Shown here: positions 27,811-40,397 of the stretch, piece after piece
How the letters are laid out: the number at the start of each line of letters is the position of its first letter
Position numbering within the stretch: the first letter of the stretch is position 1
From: Octopus vulgaris
Taxonomy: Eukaryota
Length of the DNA stretch: 64,000 nt
Reading direction: 5' to 3'
NCBI GenBank assembly: GCA_951406725.2
Contig: OX597818.1
Span: 71,982,001 to 72,046,000, forward strand
Made by a program: the position numbers and the translations under genes
Notes under the pieces: model-generated
The model's database searches: none
Told to the model about the DNA's origin: nothing
Seen by the model: the letters and a program-made list of their open reading frames with translations, nothing else

Positions 27811-28620
27811 GTTGAAAAATATCTTTATAGGTATAAATATACCATAAACAATTATATAAAAATGGACGAGAAATAGATGTTGCATTAAAATTAGATTTAA
27901 TACAAATTTGGATTCATGGATTCATTACATACGCGCGTTCAAAGGACAATACAAATATGTAAGAAAAAATTATAATCATAGTAAGTATAATTAAATTTAT
28001 GCATTGTCATTCTCATCAGTGTGAAGAATTTTTGGAAGAACATCAAAAAAGGTTTAATAAAATAAAGTAAATTAACAAAAGATACAATAAGGGAGAATAT
28101 AAATGAGGTAATAGGGAAAAATTGGATATTTACAAGCAAGTTGTAAAAGGGAAAAAATAACAGTAATAATAATAGTGAGAGAGACGAAAGAGAAAAAAAG
28201 ACAGACATATCAATGTGTATGCACGTCTATATGTGCAGTAAACTATAACATAAAAATAAGAATAAAAATCTAACGGATATGTTTTAAAAAAGGGTAACTG
28301 GTCGAGACGGAGTATAATGTAAACAGGGCCACGTGTGTAAGTAGAATATAACGTAACAGGTGTACTAGCAGAAAAACCATAGAGAGTTATACATATGCAT
28401 ATCAATATTGGAAAACGAAAAAAAAATATATATGTTACTCGAGGCTAAAAGTGATAGACAAGGCTATGATTTTTCTTACATATTTGTATTGTTCTTTGAA
28501 ACGTGCGTATGTAATGAATCCAAATTTCTATTAAATCTAATTTTGATGCAGCATCTTTTTCTCCTCCATTCTTATGTAATTGTTTATGATATATTTAAAC
28601 CCATAACGATATTTTTCAAC
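27811..28620. mobile_element. Element with ~160-bp imperfect terminal inverted repeats (possible Penelope-derived relic or MITE)
   Basis: 27811-27978 is approximately the reverse complement of 28468-28620. Confidence 0.65.
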
Positions 28621-28789
28621 GACTATTTTCATATTCTTATTACTTGCTCTGGTTGTTTTTTTTATGAATACGATTCCTAGTTTGCATTAGGAATCATTCT
28701 TTCTCTCTTTTTGGACCTCTTAAAAAGTTTGAATTGTTCTATTTTGAACTTATTTCCCATCCATATATATATATAATAGATGTATAAGG

Positions 28790-28950
28790 AGGGATTAAGA
28801 CGATCAAATCGAATCCAGTGCTCAACTGGTACTTATTTTTTCGACCCCGGCAGTTTGAAATGCAAGATCGACTGCGGTTACGTAAATAAGAACGAAATAC
28901 CGCTAAGAATTTTTCCCGGCATGTTCACGATTCTGCCAGCTCGCCGCCTT
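28790..28950 (-). mobile_element. SINE family C, diverged
   Basis: Ends ...GATTCTGCCAGCTCGCCGCCTT, the reverse complement of the family C head. Confidence 0.75.
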
Positions 28951-29549
28951 ATATCTACACCTTTATATTGGTTTCACGGCACATTCAGCAGATTTTGCGA
29001 CGGGAGCCTTTACATAGTCGTTCGATTTACAAGAAATAAGAAACAAATTCGCTTTATGGAAAAGTAGAGAACAAGTGGAAATAACGTAAAACTAGATAAA
29101 CTCTATCCAAGAAAAATGCAATTTACCACACACAAACACACACATACACACACACATGCATGCGCACACACCACGCACACACACAAAATACACTCATATG
29201 CACACACACAATATACCCACACGCAATCACATACTCATATGCAGGTACTCATACACATATACACACAAACATATAAATATATCCACAAACACATACATAC
29301 AGAAACACTCATGTATGAAAGAGAAACTGGGATAAGTGATTGACAAATTCGTTAGTTTTAAACTAATAGATATATTCTGACACATGTGTTGCAGACATTT
29401 TCTTTTTTTGTATATCTAACTTTGAAGTGCCTTAGGTTGGCAGTAGTACAATGAACGAGCACAGTAAATTATTACAAGAAAAATGATACTATAACAAACA
29501 ATTTTCATTGCATATATGTGAACAGGATAAAGATACCGTTTTTGTGGGG

Positions 29550-29770
29550 CGTGGGTCAGGATATCATTGTTTGTGACCCGGTCAATCTACAGGATGCATT
29601 TCAGGATGTTACGGTTTCGTCATTCACCGACAGTTTCCCCTTTTTCGTAGCGCTGTCAAACAGCCTTATTGGTGTTACCAAGACGTGCCTTGATTATTTT
29701 TATCTACCTGTCAGCAAGCTTATTCTCATCTCTGTACCCATGCAGTAGCCAACATTCCAGCCACTCCACG
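29550..29770 (-). mobile_element. ancient RTE-like LINE fragment
   Basis: Broken frames read IIKARLGNTNKAV and NILKCIL*IDRVTNNDIL, resembling the post-RT IKARL...DRVTN region of RTE elements. Confidence 0.45.
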
Positions 29771-29807
29771 ATTGATTTGATTTTTTGTTTGATATGTGTG
29801 TATGTCC

Positions 29808-29890
<83 letters not shown>

Positions 29891-29994
29891 GGTACTTTTT
29901 GGTTATCACGCCCCTATTAAAAAATTGCCATTAAAAGTACCGATATTTCTCGTAAAACGGGTAGACAACCCTGAGATAACTAAAAATACCTATA

Positions 29995-30062
<68 letters not shown>

Positions 30063-30177
30063 AAATAGTAAAAAGTGAAAAAACTACAGAAGGCTTAAAG
30101 GTTAAAAAATATATATATTTGCGTCAATATGTCTGAAGAATATTAAAAAAGTTTTTTCTTACAATGACATAGTTTAG

Positions 30178-30216
30178 AAGAAAGACCGGTTTCGCGTTTA
30201 GCTTTTCAAATTTCTT
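30178..30216 (-). ncRNA. minimal type I hammerhead ribozyme-like motif (U3-A8 core variant) in the Penelope 3' pLTR
   Basis: Minus strand reads AAGAAA-T-TTGAAAA-GC TAAAC GC-GAAA-CCGG-TC-TTTCTT: stem I AAGAAA/TTTCTT and palindromic ACCGGT stem III. Confidence 0.6.
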
Positions 30217-30431
30217 ACGACGTTATGTTTATGTTGAATAGAGTTATCGTTATGTTTATGTTTAAAAGATTTCTAAATGAGGGGAGGTAATGAGTGATTT
30301 CTTCCGGTGTAAGGGAGATAATCGCTTAAATTTTTTTTCCTTTCCCTTGGTGTGAATTTCTCTGTATCAGTATGTTGGCATGGTTAAGTCTGGGCTTGTA
30401 CTTTTCAATGAAGAATGTTTCCTTGTTTAGT

Positions 30432-32120
30432 CTAATTTGTGTTGATGATCCGATAGCCACATTGGTAAAATGGAAAGATTAAAAATTGTGGTAGTAGTTG
30501 CTTTGCGCATTTCTCAATGTGCTCACTAAAAGGTATCATTCTGTATTCTGGGAATGCAATCTGTTGTCGATGCAGTGTGCATCTACGTCTGAGTGATAGT
30601 CCCGTGGATCCCACGTAGTCTTGGTGGCAGCCCGAGCATTTTATGATATAAATTATGTTTTCAGAGGCACAAGTAAAGTTAGATTTGATCTTGAATTTCT
30701 GTCCCTCTTTAAAGAGGAATTCTGATCCTTCTAGCAGGTTTGGACATGTTGCACAGTTCGATCTACCACATTTTTTAACTTTTGCATCCGTAATTTCAGA
30801 AAACAATTTTGCCTTTCTGAGAATCTTTTTAAGTAATTTAGGTTGTTTGTAGCTTTTAATGATTTGGTGTATGTTTAGAATTTCCTTTAATTTGGGGTCC
30901 TTATGAAGTATTGGTAAATTCTGGGTGATGATGGTGAAGGCTTCTTTGTTTCTGGGGTTGTATGTAGATTTGTAAGGTAGTATTTTCGGGGAAGGTGTGT
31001 TGTTGTGTTGAACTTTTCTTAAAGTTTCTATGTTGATTTCTGTTGCACGTCTGATCCCATCCTCTATGAGTTGAGCTGGGTAATGTCTGTCAATTAGGGT
31101 GTTTTTGAGTTCTTGCAGTCTAAAGTTCCTGGTATTTTGTTCTGACACTATTGTGCATATCCTTCTTGCAAGGTTGAAGGGGATGTTTGTTTTAGTGTGT
31201 CTTGGGTGGCATGAATTAAAAAGAAGGTATTGTTTGGCGTCTGTGGCTTTGTAAAAAATGTCTGTTTCTATTTTAAGGTTAATTTTTTTAATTAGTATAT
31301 CCAAGAACGGGAGCTCCTTTTGGTTGTATTCCATTGTGAACTGTATATTAGGGTTTATGCTGTTCAATAGGTTTATGCTGTTCAATAAAGATTCCTGGTA
31401 AATGATTATTTCCATGTAGCCCATTGTTAAGTTCGCAATGACTGGTGCTGCCCTTCTACCCATAGCAATTCCGGATTTTTGACGGTAAAATGTATTGTCA
31501 AACATGAAGTGGTTATTATGTAGGATGAATTCAATTGATTTAGTAATGAATTCTTTACTGATCCTTTTTGGTATTTCTTCCGGAAATTGGTCCAGCCAGA
31601 ACTGTATTGCCTCTAGTCCATAATTATGAGGTATACTGGTATATAAGTTAACTACATCAAATGAAACCAGGATTGTTTCTTCCTTGGCTTTTTTTGGAAG
31701 GTGGTTTAACATATCTAAGTCATCTCTGATATGGCTATCGATATGTTTAAGGAAGGGTTTCAGGAGGATGTCCATAAATAGACTTAGTCTGTGTGTTTTA
31801 CAGGTTGGGCCAGCTACAATGGGTCGTAGTTTTAGGTCCCCCGGGTTAGGTGTGTGTATGTATGTCTTTGGGGATTTTTTAATGGTTTCATTTATAATTT
31901 GGCTTTTATGAATTTTTGGCAGACCATAGAAAATGCTAGGTTTGCATTTAAAGTTTGTTAGAAAGTCAATCTCTTTGGTTGTTAGTTCCTTTTCCTGGGT
32001 TTTAATTAGTGAAGATAGAGTTTTCATTATTTTTTGTGGGGTGTAGTTGGTAATTTTTTCAAAATGTAGGTCGTCATCAAGCAAGGAAATTACAAGATTT
32101 CTATAGTATGATGTATCCAT
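30432..32120 (-). pseudogene. Penelope RT/GIY-YIG ORF (562-aa open frame) lacking the catalytic YxDD segment
   Basis: The sequence passes from ANLTMGYME directly to LLNSINLLNSINPNIQFTME with no RYxDD motif. Confidence 0.85.
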
Positions 32121-32518
32121 TATTACAACTGCGTTTCCCTTGTCTGCTTCCTTAATGGTTATATCCTCATCATTTTGAAGTTCTATCAGTTCCTTCCATT
32201 GTGTAGTGTTAAAATTCGAGTTAACTTTCTGTTTATGTATAGTATGGTAGGGAAAGTTCTCAATGTGGTTACAGAATTCATCAAGATCTTTATTTCTTCC
32301 TCTGTGTGGGATGTGTTCACTTTTGTTCTTGACTAGTGATTCATCTTCAGTATTGAAACTGGTTGATGCTTCTGCTAGTCTTAATTTTCTGCAAAATTCT
32401 GTTATATTATCCTTGATTTCATTTAGGTTGGCTCTGCGTGGAGTTGGTGTAAATTTGAGCCCTTTTGAGAGGATGTTAATTTTTATGTTAGAAAGAGTTG
32501 AAAGGTTGAAAGGTATAT

Positions 32519-32720
32519 ATTATAATTATGAGTATTATTATAATTAAAGTTCAGCAAAAATTTGCTTCGCCTCATACCGAAATTTAGAAATAGTAGTTAA
32601 AAATAACTATTAAAAACTATGAAAACTAATAGTTAGTTTTAACTGCTATTTCTAAATTTCGCTATGTGGTGAACCAAATTTTTGCTGGACCTTAATTATA
32701 ATTATACTCATAATTATAAA
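32519..32720. repeat. foldback inverted repeat at the 5' junction of the Penelope element
   Basis: ~85-bp arms TTATAATTATGAGTAT...GAAATAGTAGTTAAAA / TTTTAACTGCTATTTC...ATACTCATAATTATAA. Confidence 0.85.
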
Positions 32721-32822
32721 ATTTTTGTGAAAGTTGACCGATAATGGTTCTTTTAACATACCGAACTACATGGTAAAATTATTAATTATTAATTAATTAA
32801 TTAATTAATTAATTTTACCCTT

Positions 32823-32860
<38 letters not shown>

Positions 32861-33087
32861 ACGCACACCCACAGTAACTATTAGGGTCTGAAGCAGCTGT
32901 AACGCATATTCATTAGCACATCAAACCTACTGTGGATATGTTGTTTACAACACCTTAGACTGCTGTAAACGCTCATAAAAATAATTTCTCGTGGTCAACT
33001 AAGGTAAAATAACAACGAAATTCTATTCAATAGTGTACATACATACATGCATACATAAATACATACATACATGCATAGATGCATGTA

Positions 33088-33118
<31 letters not shown>

Positions 33119-33169
33119 GCATATATACAGATACAGACGCAAACTCATGTGCTGTTAAGGATACACATC

Positions 33170-33380
33170 ACAAGGAGACAGAATGGACTAAACAAAACAG
33201 GAGGAAACATGTGGATGGAAGAGGTGCTGAAGAGGTCACAGATGTGTGACGAAAGATTTCCAGACAATGGACATAAGATAAAATAATAACAACAATAAAC
33301 GAGTGAAGAACGAATATATAGTGCGTGTGTTTATTTGGCAAGAAAAAAATGACCGTCCCGAAATATAACAATATAACAAT
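33170..33380 (+). mobile_element. short dispersed repeat with hammerhead-like core (second copy ~61930-62125)
   Basis: Both copies share CTGAAGAGGTCRCA.ATGTGTGACGAAAGATTTCC and AATAAACGAGTGAAGAACGAATATATAGTGC. Confidence 0.6.
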
Positions 33381-33383
33381 ATG

Positions 33384-33461
<78 letters not shown>

Positions 33462-33519
33462 TGTATATATATGTATATGTGTGTGTGTGTATACACCCAG
33501 AATCATGCCAATGGATTAA

Positions 33520-34068
33520 GAGTGATATTTAGGATTTCTCGGTTTTCTGAGAATCGATTTTGATAAAACCTTACCCAGCTGGTTTGCACACTATGGCAAC
33601 AAAATTGTTATGTTTCCATTATTCTGTGTAACATGCTTTCTTTTTTATTTCAAATACTTCAGTTTTTGGATGAACCACGCTAATAGCGTCTCTCTTCTCT
33701 AAGAACGATGGGTCGTGGGAAAGGCCTTAACGATGAAGAAAATCCCTCATCATCAAAGAAAGTACTAAAGGCATATCTCTTTATGTCATTGCGGAGAAGT
33801 TATGTCGTCATGTGGAGACGGTTAGACGATTTCTGAAGGACCCTTCGCCAAGGAAGAAACGATCCGTTTGTGGGTCCTCTATGACTTTGGCAGCTAGAGA
33901 TTAAAAGAATATTGGCTGCAAGTTACGTGGGAAACCTGGACAAACAAGCAAAGCCATTTTCACCGCCTCCGGACTGCCACATGTACTGAAAACCACCATA
34001 AATGGCATGCTCGGAACCATGGCTTCCGTGCAAGAACCCCTGAAACTGTCCCCTTTAACACCCTGTCA
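33520..34068 (+). mobile_element. Tc1-like transposon 5' fragment (degenerate HTH region)
   Basis: From 33708 reads MGRGKGLNDEE, then (shifted) IAEKLCRHVETVRRFLKDP; truncated by the 34069 element; left boundary uncertain. Confidence 0.6.
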
Positions 34069-34878
34069 CATATGCATATATGGGTACGGAACGTCACCAA
34101 CAGTAAACAACATGAAATACGAAAATAAATTAGTTCTATACGCAAACAACGAGAGAAACAAATGGAAAGCTGGACAGGTAACATAAAGAACGACCCTTCA
34201 TCAGTTGTTGGCTGTCTATCTACTCCACCTTTCGACCATTGAACGACGATATGAGTCTTCGAAGAAGTTTGCTCCTATAAGTACCAAAATGAAATTTGGG
34301 ATTTATGGAGGATCCATTTCCAAGTAAGTGTATCTTAAACTTTTTGATGCGATTCTGCTCCGTACTGTTTTCTCCTTCATCTTGTCTCCCCTTCACCGTT
34401 TTTTATCTCTCTCACTCTCTCTTCTTCTCTCTCTCTCGTTGCTCACACGCGACCATCGTCCATCTTTCTTTTCCTCGCGTGATCCTCTTTCTCCTCCTTC
34501 AGGACTGTCCTAAGGACTGGACGTATTCTACCTCTCTCTTCTATCTTTTCTCTTTTTAAAGAAAATATTTCTCCAGCGTTCGCTAGTTTACCCTCGTTCT
34601 GGTATAATGACCCTCCATGTTTGTTTTCGTCTTGTTCCCAACTTTGACCCTCCATAAATTCCCAATTTTATTTTGGTGCTTATGGGAGCAACTGTCTTCG
34701 GAAACTCATATTGTCGTTCACTGCTCGAAATGAGAAGTAGATAGACAGCCGACAACTGATGAAGGGTCGTTCTTTATATTACTTGTCCTGTTTTCCATTT
34801 GTTTCACTCGTTGTCGTATAGAACTCATCTTTTCGTATTTTATGTTGTTTACTGTTGGTGACGTCCTGTACCCATATA

Positions 34879-34885
<7 letters not shown>
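34069..34885. mobile_element. Element with ~240-bp imperfect terminal inverted repeats (probable Penelope-type inverted pLTR relic)
   Basis: 34069-34310 is approximately the reverse complement of 34648-34885. Confidence 0.7.
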
Positions 34886-34954
<69 letters not shown>

Positions 34955-35675
34955 AAACAGAGAGGGATTAATAAGGGATTTGTAATTAAAGCAATAAAGA
35001 AGATACATCAGGTTAACAAAAAAAATGTCTTGCTGCCATTTTTGTACTCCATGTAAAGTGTTCATTTTATGTGTGTTTTTACAGAGTGACACACAAAATA
35101 AACAGAAATAATGGGCTATAGACTTAGAGCTGTTTCAGATATGCGTTTCGGTACGTTCATGGTTCAGTCTTATCGATTGACTGAAAATAGGGAACCAGCA
35201 GCCAAAAGCTACCTTCCTCAGGTTTAAAATAATAAGTAGTATCTTAACTTCCGTTTGGCTTGTATATTTACGTAAATATCCATAATATTTTCCCAAAGAA
35301 TAGTAGTAAATGTCATTAGCATGTCACTGACTATAAGGAGGATGTCGGGCATCAGATTTCTTTACGGGATGTCAATGCTGTTCACCTGTGGTAAGAGTCA
35401 ACAATGGCTTTAGTTTAATGACTAAAAATACATGACCGAGTTCTATATAAAAAAATACGACAATCACCAAATTCTTTCCTTTCCCATTTGTTCTTTTTCT
35501 TTCGAAATAAATTCATTTTGGCTCTGAAGGAGAACTATAAACACATTCAAATGAATATCTGAAACAACTGTAGGCGTCTAATAAATGAATAAATAAAATT
35601 CAGTTATGAAATAATAACCCATTATTTCTATCTATTTTAAGTGTATATATGTGGTCTGTTTATTATATATATATA

Positions 35676-35792
<117 letters not shown>

Positions 35793-35889
35793 ACCCACTA
35801 ACTTACTTAGTGTTGCATATATATATAATATAGATTAAAGAAAAAACACTATTATGCAATTCAAATTTAGGTTTCGAGTTATACTCCCT

Positions 35890-35980
<91 letters not shown>

Positions 35981-35989
35981 GTGTGTGTG

Positions 35990-36202
35990 TGTGTTAGTGT
36001 TTGTATTCTATTACCGCCTGACAACTGGTATTGGTTTATTTACCACCCCGTAACTGAGCAGTTCGGGAAAAGAGTTCGATGGAATAAGTACGGGGCTGTA
36101 AAAAAGTAAGTACTGGGTCGATTCATGAGACTAAAATCCTATCCTCTTCAAGGCGTTGTCAGAACATGACTGCAGTTCAATGACTCACACAAGTAAAAGA
36201 GA
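35990..36202 (+). mobile_element. SINE family A, diverged 3' half
   Basis: Similar to 49990-50180. Confidence 0.7.
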
Positions 36203-36206
36203 AAGC

Positions 36207-36254
<48 letters not shown>

Positions 36255-36325
36255 GTCTGTCTGTGTGTATGTATGTGTGGATATATGCGTGTGTGTATGT
36301 ATGCATGTACATACATGCATACATG

Positions 36326-36358
<33 letters not shown>

Positions 36359-36440
36359 GTAAGTATACATCGTTACTAACATATGTACTTACACATATAC
36401 ATACATACATACATACATACATACATACATACACTATATC

Positions 36441-37889
36441 TAGTCATAGCCAATGATTTTGGAAGACAGTTTTTTTGCTATTTCATGTGAATGTTAATGA
36501 TTTAATATCATTTGAACACGTTATCTGTTATCTAATAAGATTTGAAAGAAAAGCTGTTGACAACCAATAGATATTGCAATTAATCATCAGTTTGCGGAAT
36601 TGGTCATTTTTCCTACATGAGGAAAGCACACTCTTCATCATGATTTCAAGTTGGAATCGCATGTAAACTAATAATTAATAACCAGAACAGCAAGTAAAGT
36701 TATGTATGATGTCATGAGCCTTTTATGATTGATTTTTAATCAATGAATGTTCTCTTTCTTGTTATTGGCACAAGGAAAAATGTCAAGATATTGTTGCTAA
36801 AGGTATTGCACTTGAAAGAACAGTGTACAGGATTATAAAATCTTTCGACGAGACAGGATCCATGACGGTGAAGAAGGCCTCTGGTCGTCAACGTATGTCC
36901 TCTGACCGCCAAGACAGGGCTTTAGGGAGAAATTCATTGAGGAATCGAAGTGCCGGCAGCAAACAACTTGCTAAAGAGTGGGAATAAGCAGGTGTCAGCG
37001 CTTCAGCTCAGATTGTCCGATGACGACTTTTTGACAATGGTCTCGCTTCACGGAGTGCTACAAGGAATCCTTTTTTGTCCAAGAAAAATGTGAAGGACAG
37101 GCTTGCCTTTTGCAGAAAATATAAAAATTGGTCTAGTGAACAATGGGACAAAGAGATTTTTTTTCTGATGAAGCACCATTTCAATTGTTTGGGACATCTG
37201 GAAAAAGACTTATCAGAAGGCGACAAGGTGAACACTATGATGAGGCCTGTATTATGACCACAGTCAAACTTCCAGAAACCATTCATGTGTGGAGTTATTT
37301 TTCATCCAAGGGCGTTGAATTACTGTCAGTTTTGCCGAAAAATACTTCTGTGAATGGTACTAAAATATCCTTGAAAACCATCTTCCAACCACTAAGAGGC
37401 AGTTTGATTAAAAAACCTGCATTTTCCAACAAGATGGAGCACCTTGCCACACTGCTAAAAAGATTAAAATGTATCTTGTAAATAAAGGTATTGAAATTTT
37501 GGAGCCTTGGTCGGGAATTTCTCCATATTTAAATCCCATTGAAAATTACTGGTCGATCCTTAAAATCCGAGTCGACAGAGAAAAGCCAACAAGTATTCAA
37601 CAGTTGAAAGCTCTCCTACAGTAAGAATGGAAGCCTGACTCAATCATTGGCTTCCAGCATGCCTAAACGAATCATGGACATCTCGAAAAATAGGGGTCAC
37701 CACTGAAAATATTGAGAGGAAAATGAATAACTGTGTATCACACCTTATTATTGTTCCTATGATTCAAGTGTGTTATTATTCTTCGTTAATATGCTCGTAT
37801 GCGCTCAAACAAATCAACCTTTTCTCTTAGGCATATTTATATATTTTGGCGCAAAATAGCGCTTTTACCAAAGTCATTGGCCACGACTG
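36441..37889 (+). mobile_element. Tc1-like (DD34E) transposon, degenerate
   Basis: Imperfect TIRs (T/C)AGTCRTRGCCAATGAYTTTGG; broken frames with FFSDE, FQQDGAPCH and SPYLNPIENYW. Confidence 0.88.
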
Positions 37890-37891
37890 TA

Positions 37892-39366
37892 TATACTATT
37901 AAAAATGAACTTCAATCTTACTTGCTTGCTTGGAATGTTACATAGCCAAGCCGGCGCATAATAGGAAAGTACTTTGAAAGTCAAGTGCCCCTGAAATATG
38001 AATATAAACGGAATAAAACAAGCTTCGCGTAAATCGGACCTCTGGTTCTTGAGATACCCAAAACGGTGCATAATGGGAAACTACTACGAAAATAACTTAA
38101 ACCTGGAAGGGAAGAAACTCTAACCTTTCGATTAGACATATTATGATGGGTAAAGATCATAGTGACTTTAATTTACCAACAAAAAAATACGAGTTGTTTT
38201 TATAGTGAATGTTTCTATTTTCGCTTTTGTTATGCACAATATTTTGATTATTTAGAAATATTTTTAAGTGTGATTTCAAAAATGTAAGTTGTTTTTATAG
38301 TAAATATTCATATTTTAGCCTACTTTAAACACACAATATTTTAATTTTAAAAAAAATATTTTCAAGTGAATATACCATTACAAAAATATTTTGGCATATT
38401 TAAAAAATATTGTAAAGTGAAAATGACTTTAATAATACGGTAAATATTTCGTAAAAGACCCGTTTGTAAACTCGATGGGGAATAATTTTTTTCCGTAGGT
38501 TTTTTTCGAGTGCATTCAACGTATCTCACCTCCAAAGATTTGGCTGCTATTTCTAGCACGTCCTGCTACCCTGTAACAGCTATTTGCAATAAAGGACCCG
38601 AAATAGCTGTTACGTGGTAGCAGAGCGTGCAACAAATAGCAGACAAATCTTTCGTTTTCTGGGGAAAGGAGCTGTTTTTGCGTGATTTCGATGTCACATT
38701 CGTTGAAAGCGTGCGACATAACCTGGAAAAGAATAAAAACACGAAGCAATACTCCATTGCTGAAAAACTCCGAGGTCCTCACCAGCCCTCCCCCATTTCT
38801 TTTCCAGAACGAAGTGATTTGCGGTGGGTTTGGAGGTGAGATACGTTGAATGCACTCGAAAAAACATGTGCAAAAAATTATTTCAGACCAAATTACGAAC
38901 GAGTCCCAGGATTGGGACAGGCATGCGAATAAAAGGATCGATGAGAGTGATAAGGAAAGGGCTGAGCGTCTGGTGGAACAGAGTGAAAGAAACAAAGGCA
39001 GGAGAGATCAGGAATCGGACGCTCGGAGAGCTGAGCGTCTGGCGAAACGGATGGAAAGAGATGTCATGAATAGGATGCTTATTTGAGCAGGAGATGACAT
39101 GAACCGGATGCTCATGTGAATACAAACGGAATAAAACAAGTTTTGCGTAAATCGGACCACGGGTTACGGAGATATGCTGTTTTTGGGGAATACCTTTATA
39201 AATAGCGAAACCGGCGTATAATGGTTTGAAAGTAAGGTACCATTGAAATGGGAATACACACAGAAGAACAGAAGATTCGCGTAAATCGGACCACAGATTC
39301 CCGAGATACACGGTTTTATCGGGTACCTTGAACTATTGGTGACCCAACGGGTCACGGGTAGTCTAG
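37892..39366 (+). mobile_element. non-autonomous Helitron with internal repeats
   Basis: Starts TATACTATTAAAA; ends GTGACCCAACGGGTCAC hairpin...CTAG|T; GCGTAAATCGGACC recurs at ~38027, ~39146 and ~39280. Confidence 0.6.
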
Positions 39367-39399
39367 TACATAATGTAAATGCACATAACTGTATATATA

Positions 39400-40265
39400 C
39401 AACGTTCGTTGAATAAACTGTCGTCTAAATTACGCAAAAATGAAAATAACACTGACATCTCATTTTAACAGATATAGCTACCAAAATTACCTAAAAATAT
39501 CTTAAAATACTAAAGAGTAAATGTATTCAATAAAATCCCCATTGGCTACAACCACGGCCTCCAGACGACTTTGGAATCTCCTGCAACTATTCTGGACGGT
39601 CTCCTTGGTGAATGGTGCTATAATCCTTGCCTTCAGTTCATCTTTGGTGTTACAAGGAGTTTTGTTGGTCTCTCGCTGAACTGCGCCCCCACACATAATA
39701 ATCAAGGCGGTTGCAGTCTGGAGAGTTAGGTGACCAGATGTTAGTAGTGATGTGGTCGCAGAAATTGTCTGACAGACGTGACTGGGTCCTCCTGCTTGCG
39801 TGGCTCGGTGCAGAGTCCTGTTGCCAAAAATAGGGTCTTCCAGCAGCCATCCTCTTGGCCCAGGGTAGCACTACCTCCAGGCAATTAATGTAGGTTTCCG
39901 TGTTGAGTGTAAGGCCGTGTAGGAAGATGAATGGAGGCCGAACGTTGCCATCACTAGTGATCACTCCAACACAATGATATTTGATTTTTATCCTTCTCGG
40001 TACATGTCCTCAGATTGCATTGTGCTTAGATTGATATCCAAACACTCTGAAATGTTCGTATTGGAGCATCCGGCGCGGGTGCCAAGCAGAACAACATGTC
40101 GTTTCCAAATTTCTGGCAGAGTGAATTCTGTCATAGCGCCGTTTTCCTCACAGACGGTGCCCAATTGACCCTACTATAGTGTGTAGTCGACAAAATAAAA
40201 AAGAAACAATGCACATGAGCGAAATTAAAAATATAAAATGGCTACAATTTACCCATTGCATCCTG
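39400..40265 (-). mobile_element. DD37D (maT-type) Tc1/mariner transposon, internally deleted
   Basis: ORF 39650-39964 WQQD-x37-DYYVW with WSPNSPDCN; TA-flanked imperfect TIRs; sister copy at 55384-56220. Confidence 0.88.
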
Positions 40266-40302
40266 TATGTGGGTACATATCTTTCTATCTATCTTTCATC
40301 TG

Positions 40303-40397
<95 letters not shown>

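Larger units (their letters stand above)
30060..32512 (-). mobile_element. Penelope-like element (RT + C-terminal GIY-YIG endonuclease)
   Basis: LSKGLKFTPTP near 32470, ADKGN, YGLPKIHK, LRPIV, SFDVVNLYT, GIAMG, LPFLDI, HPRH, NIIYIIKC..C...YVGST; 3' pLTR with hammerhead-like motif. Confidence 0.95.

Noticed and set aside
34755-34795. CTGATGA in the TIR arm as a hammerhead
   Set aside because: No GAAA follows the candidate stem II in either arm.
38850-39086. Charged 78-aa ORF (ERAERL repeats)
   Set aside because: It lies inside a putative Helitron and derives from a short internal GCTGAGCGTCTGG repeat; no evidence for a host gene.
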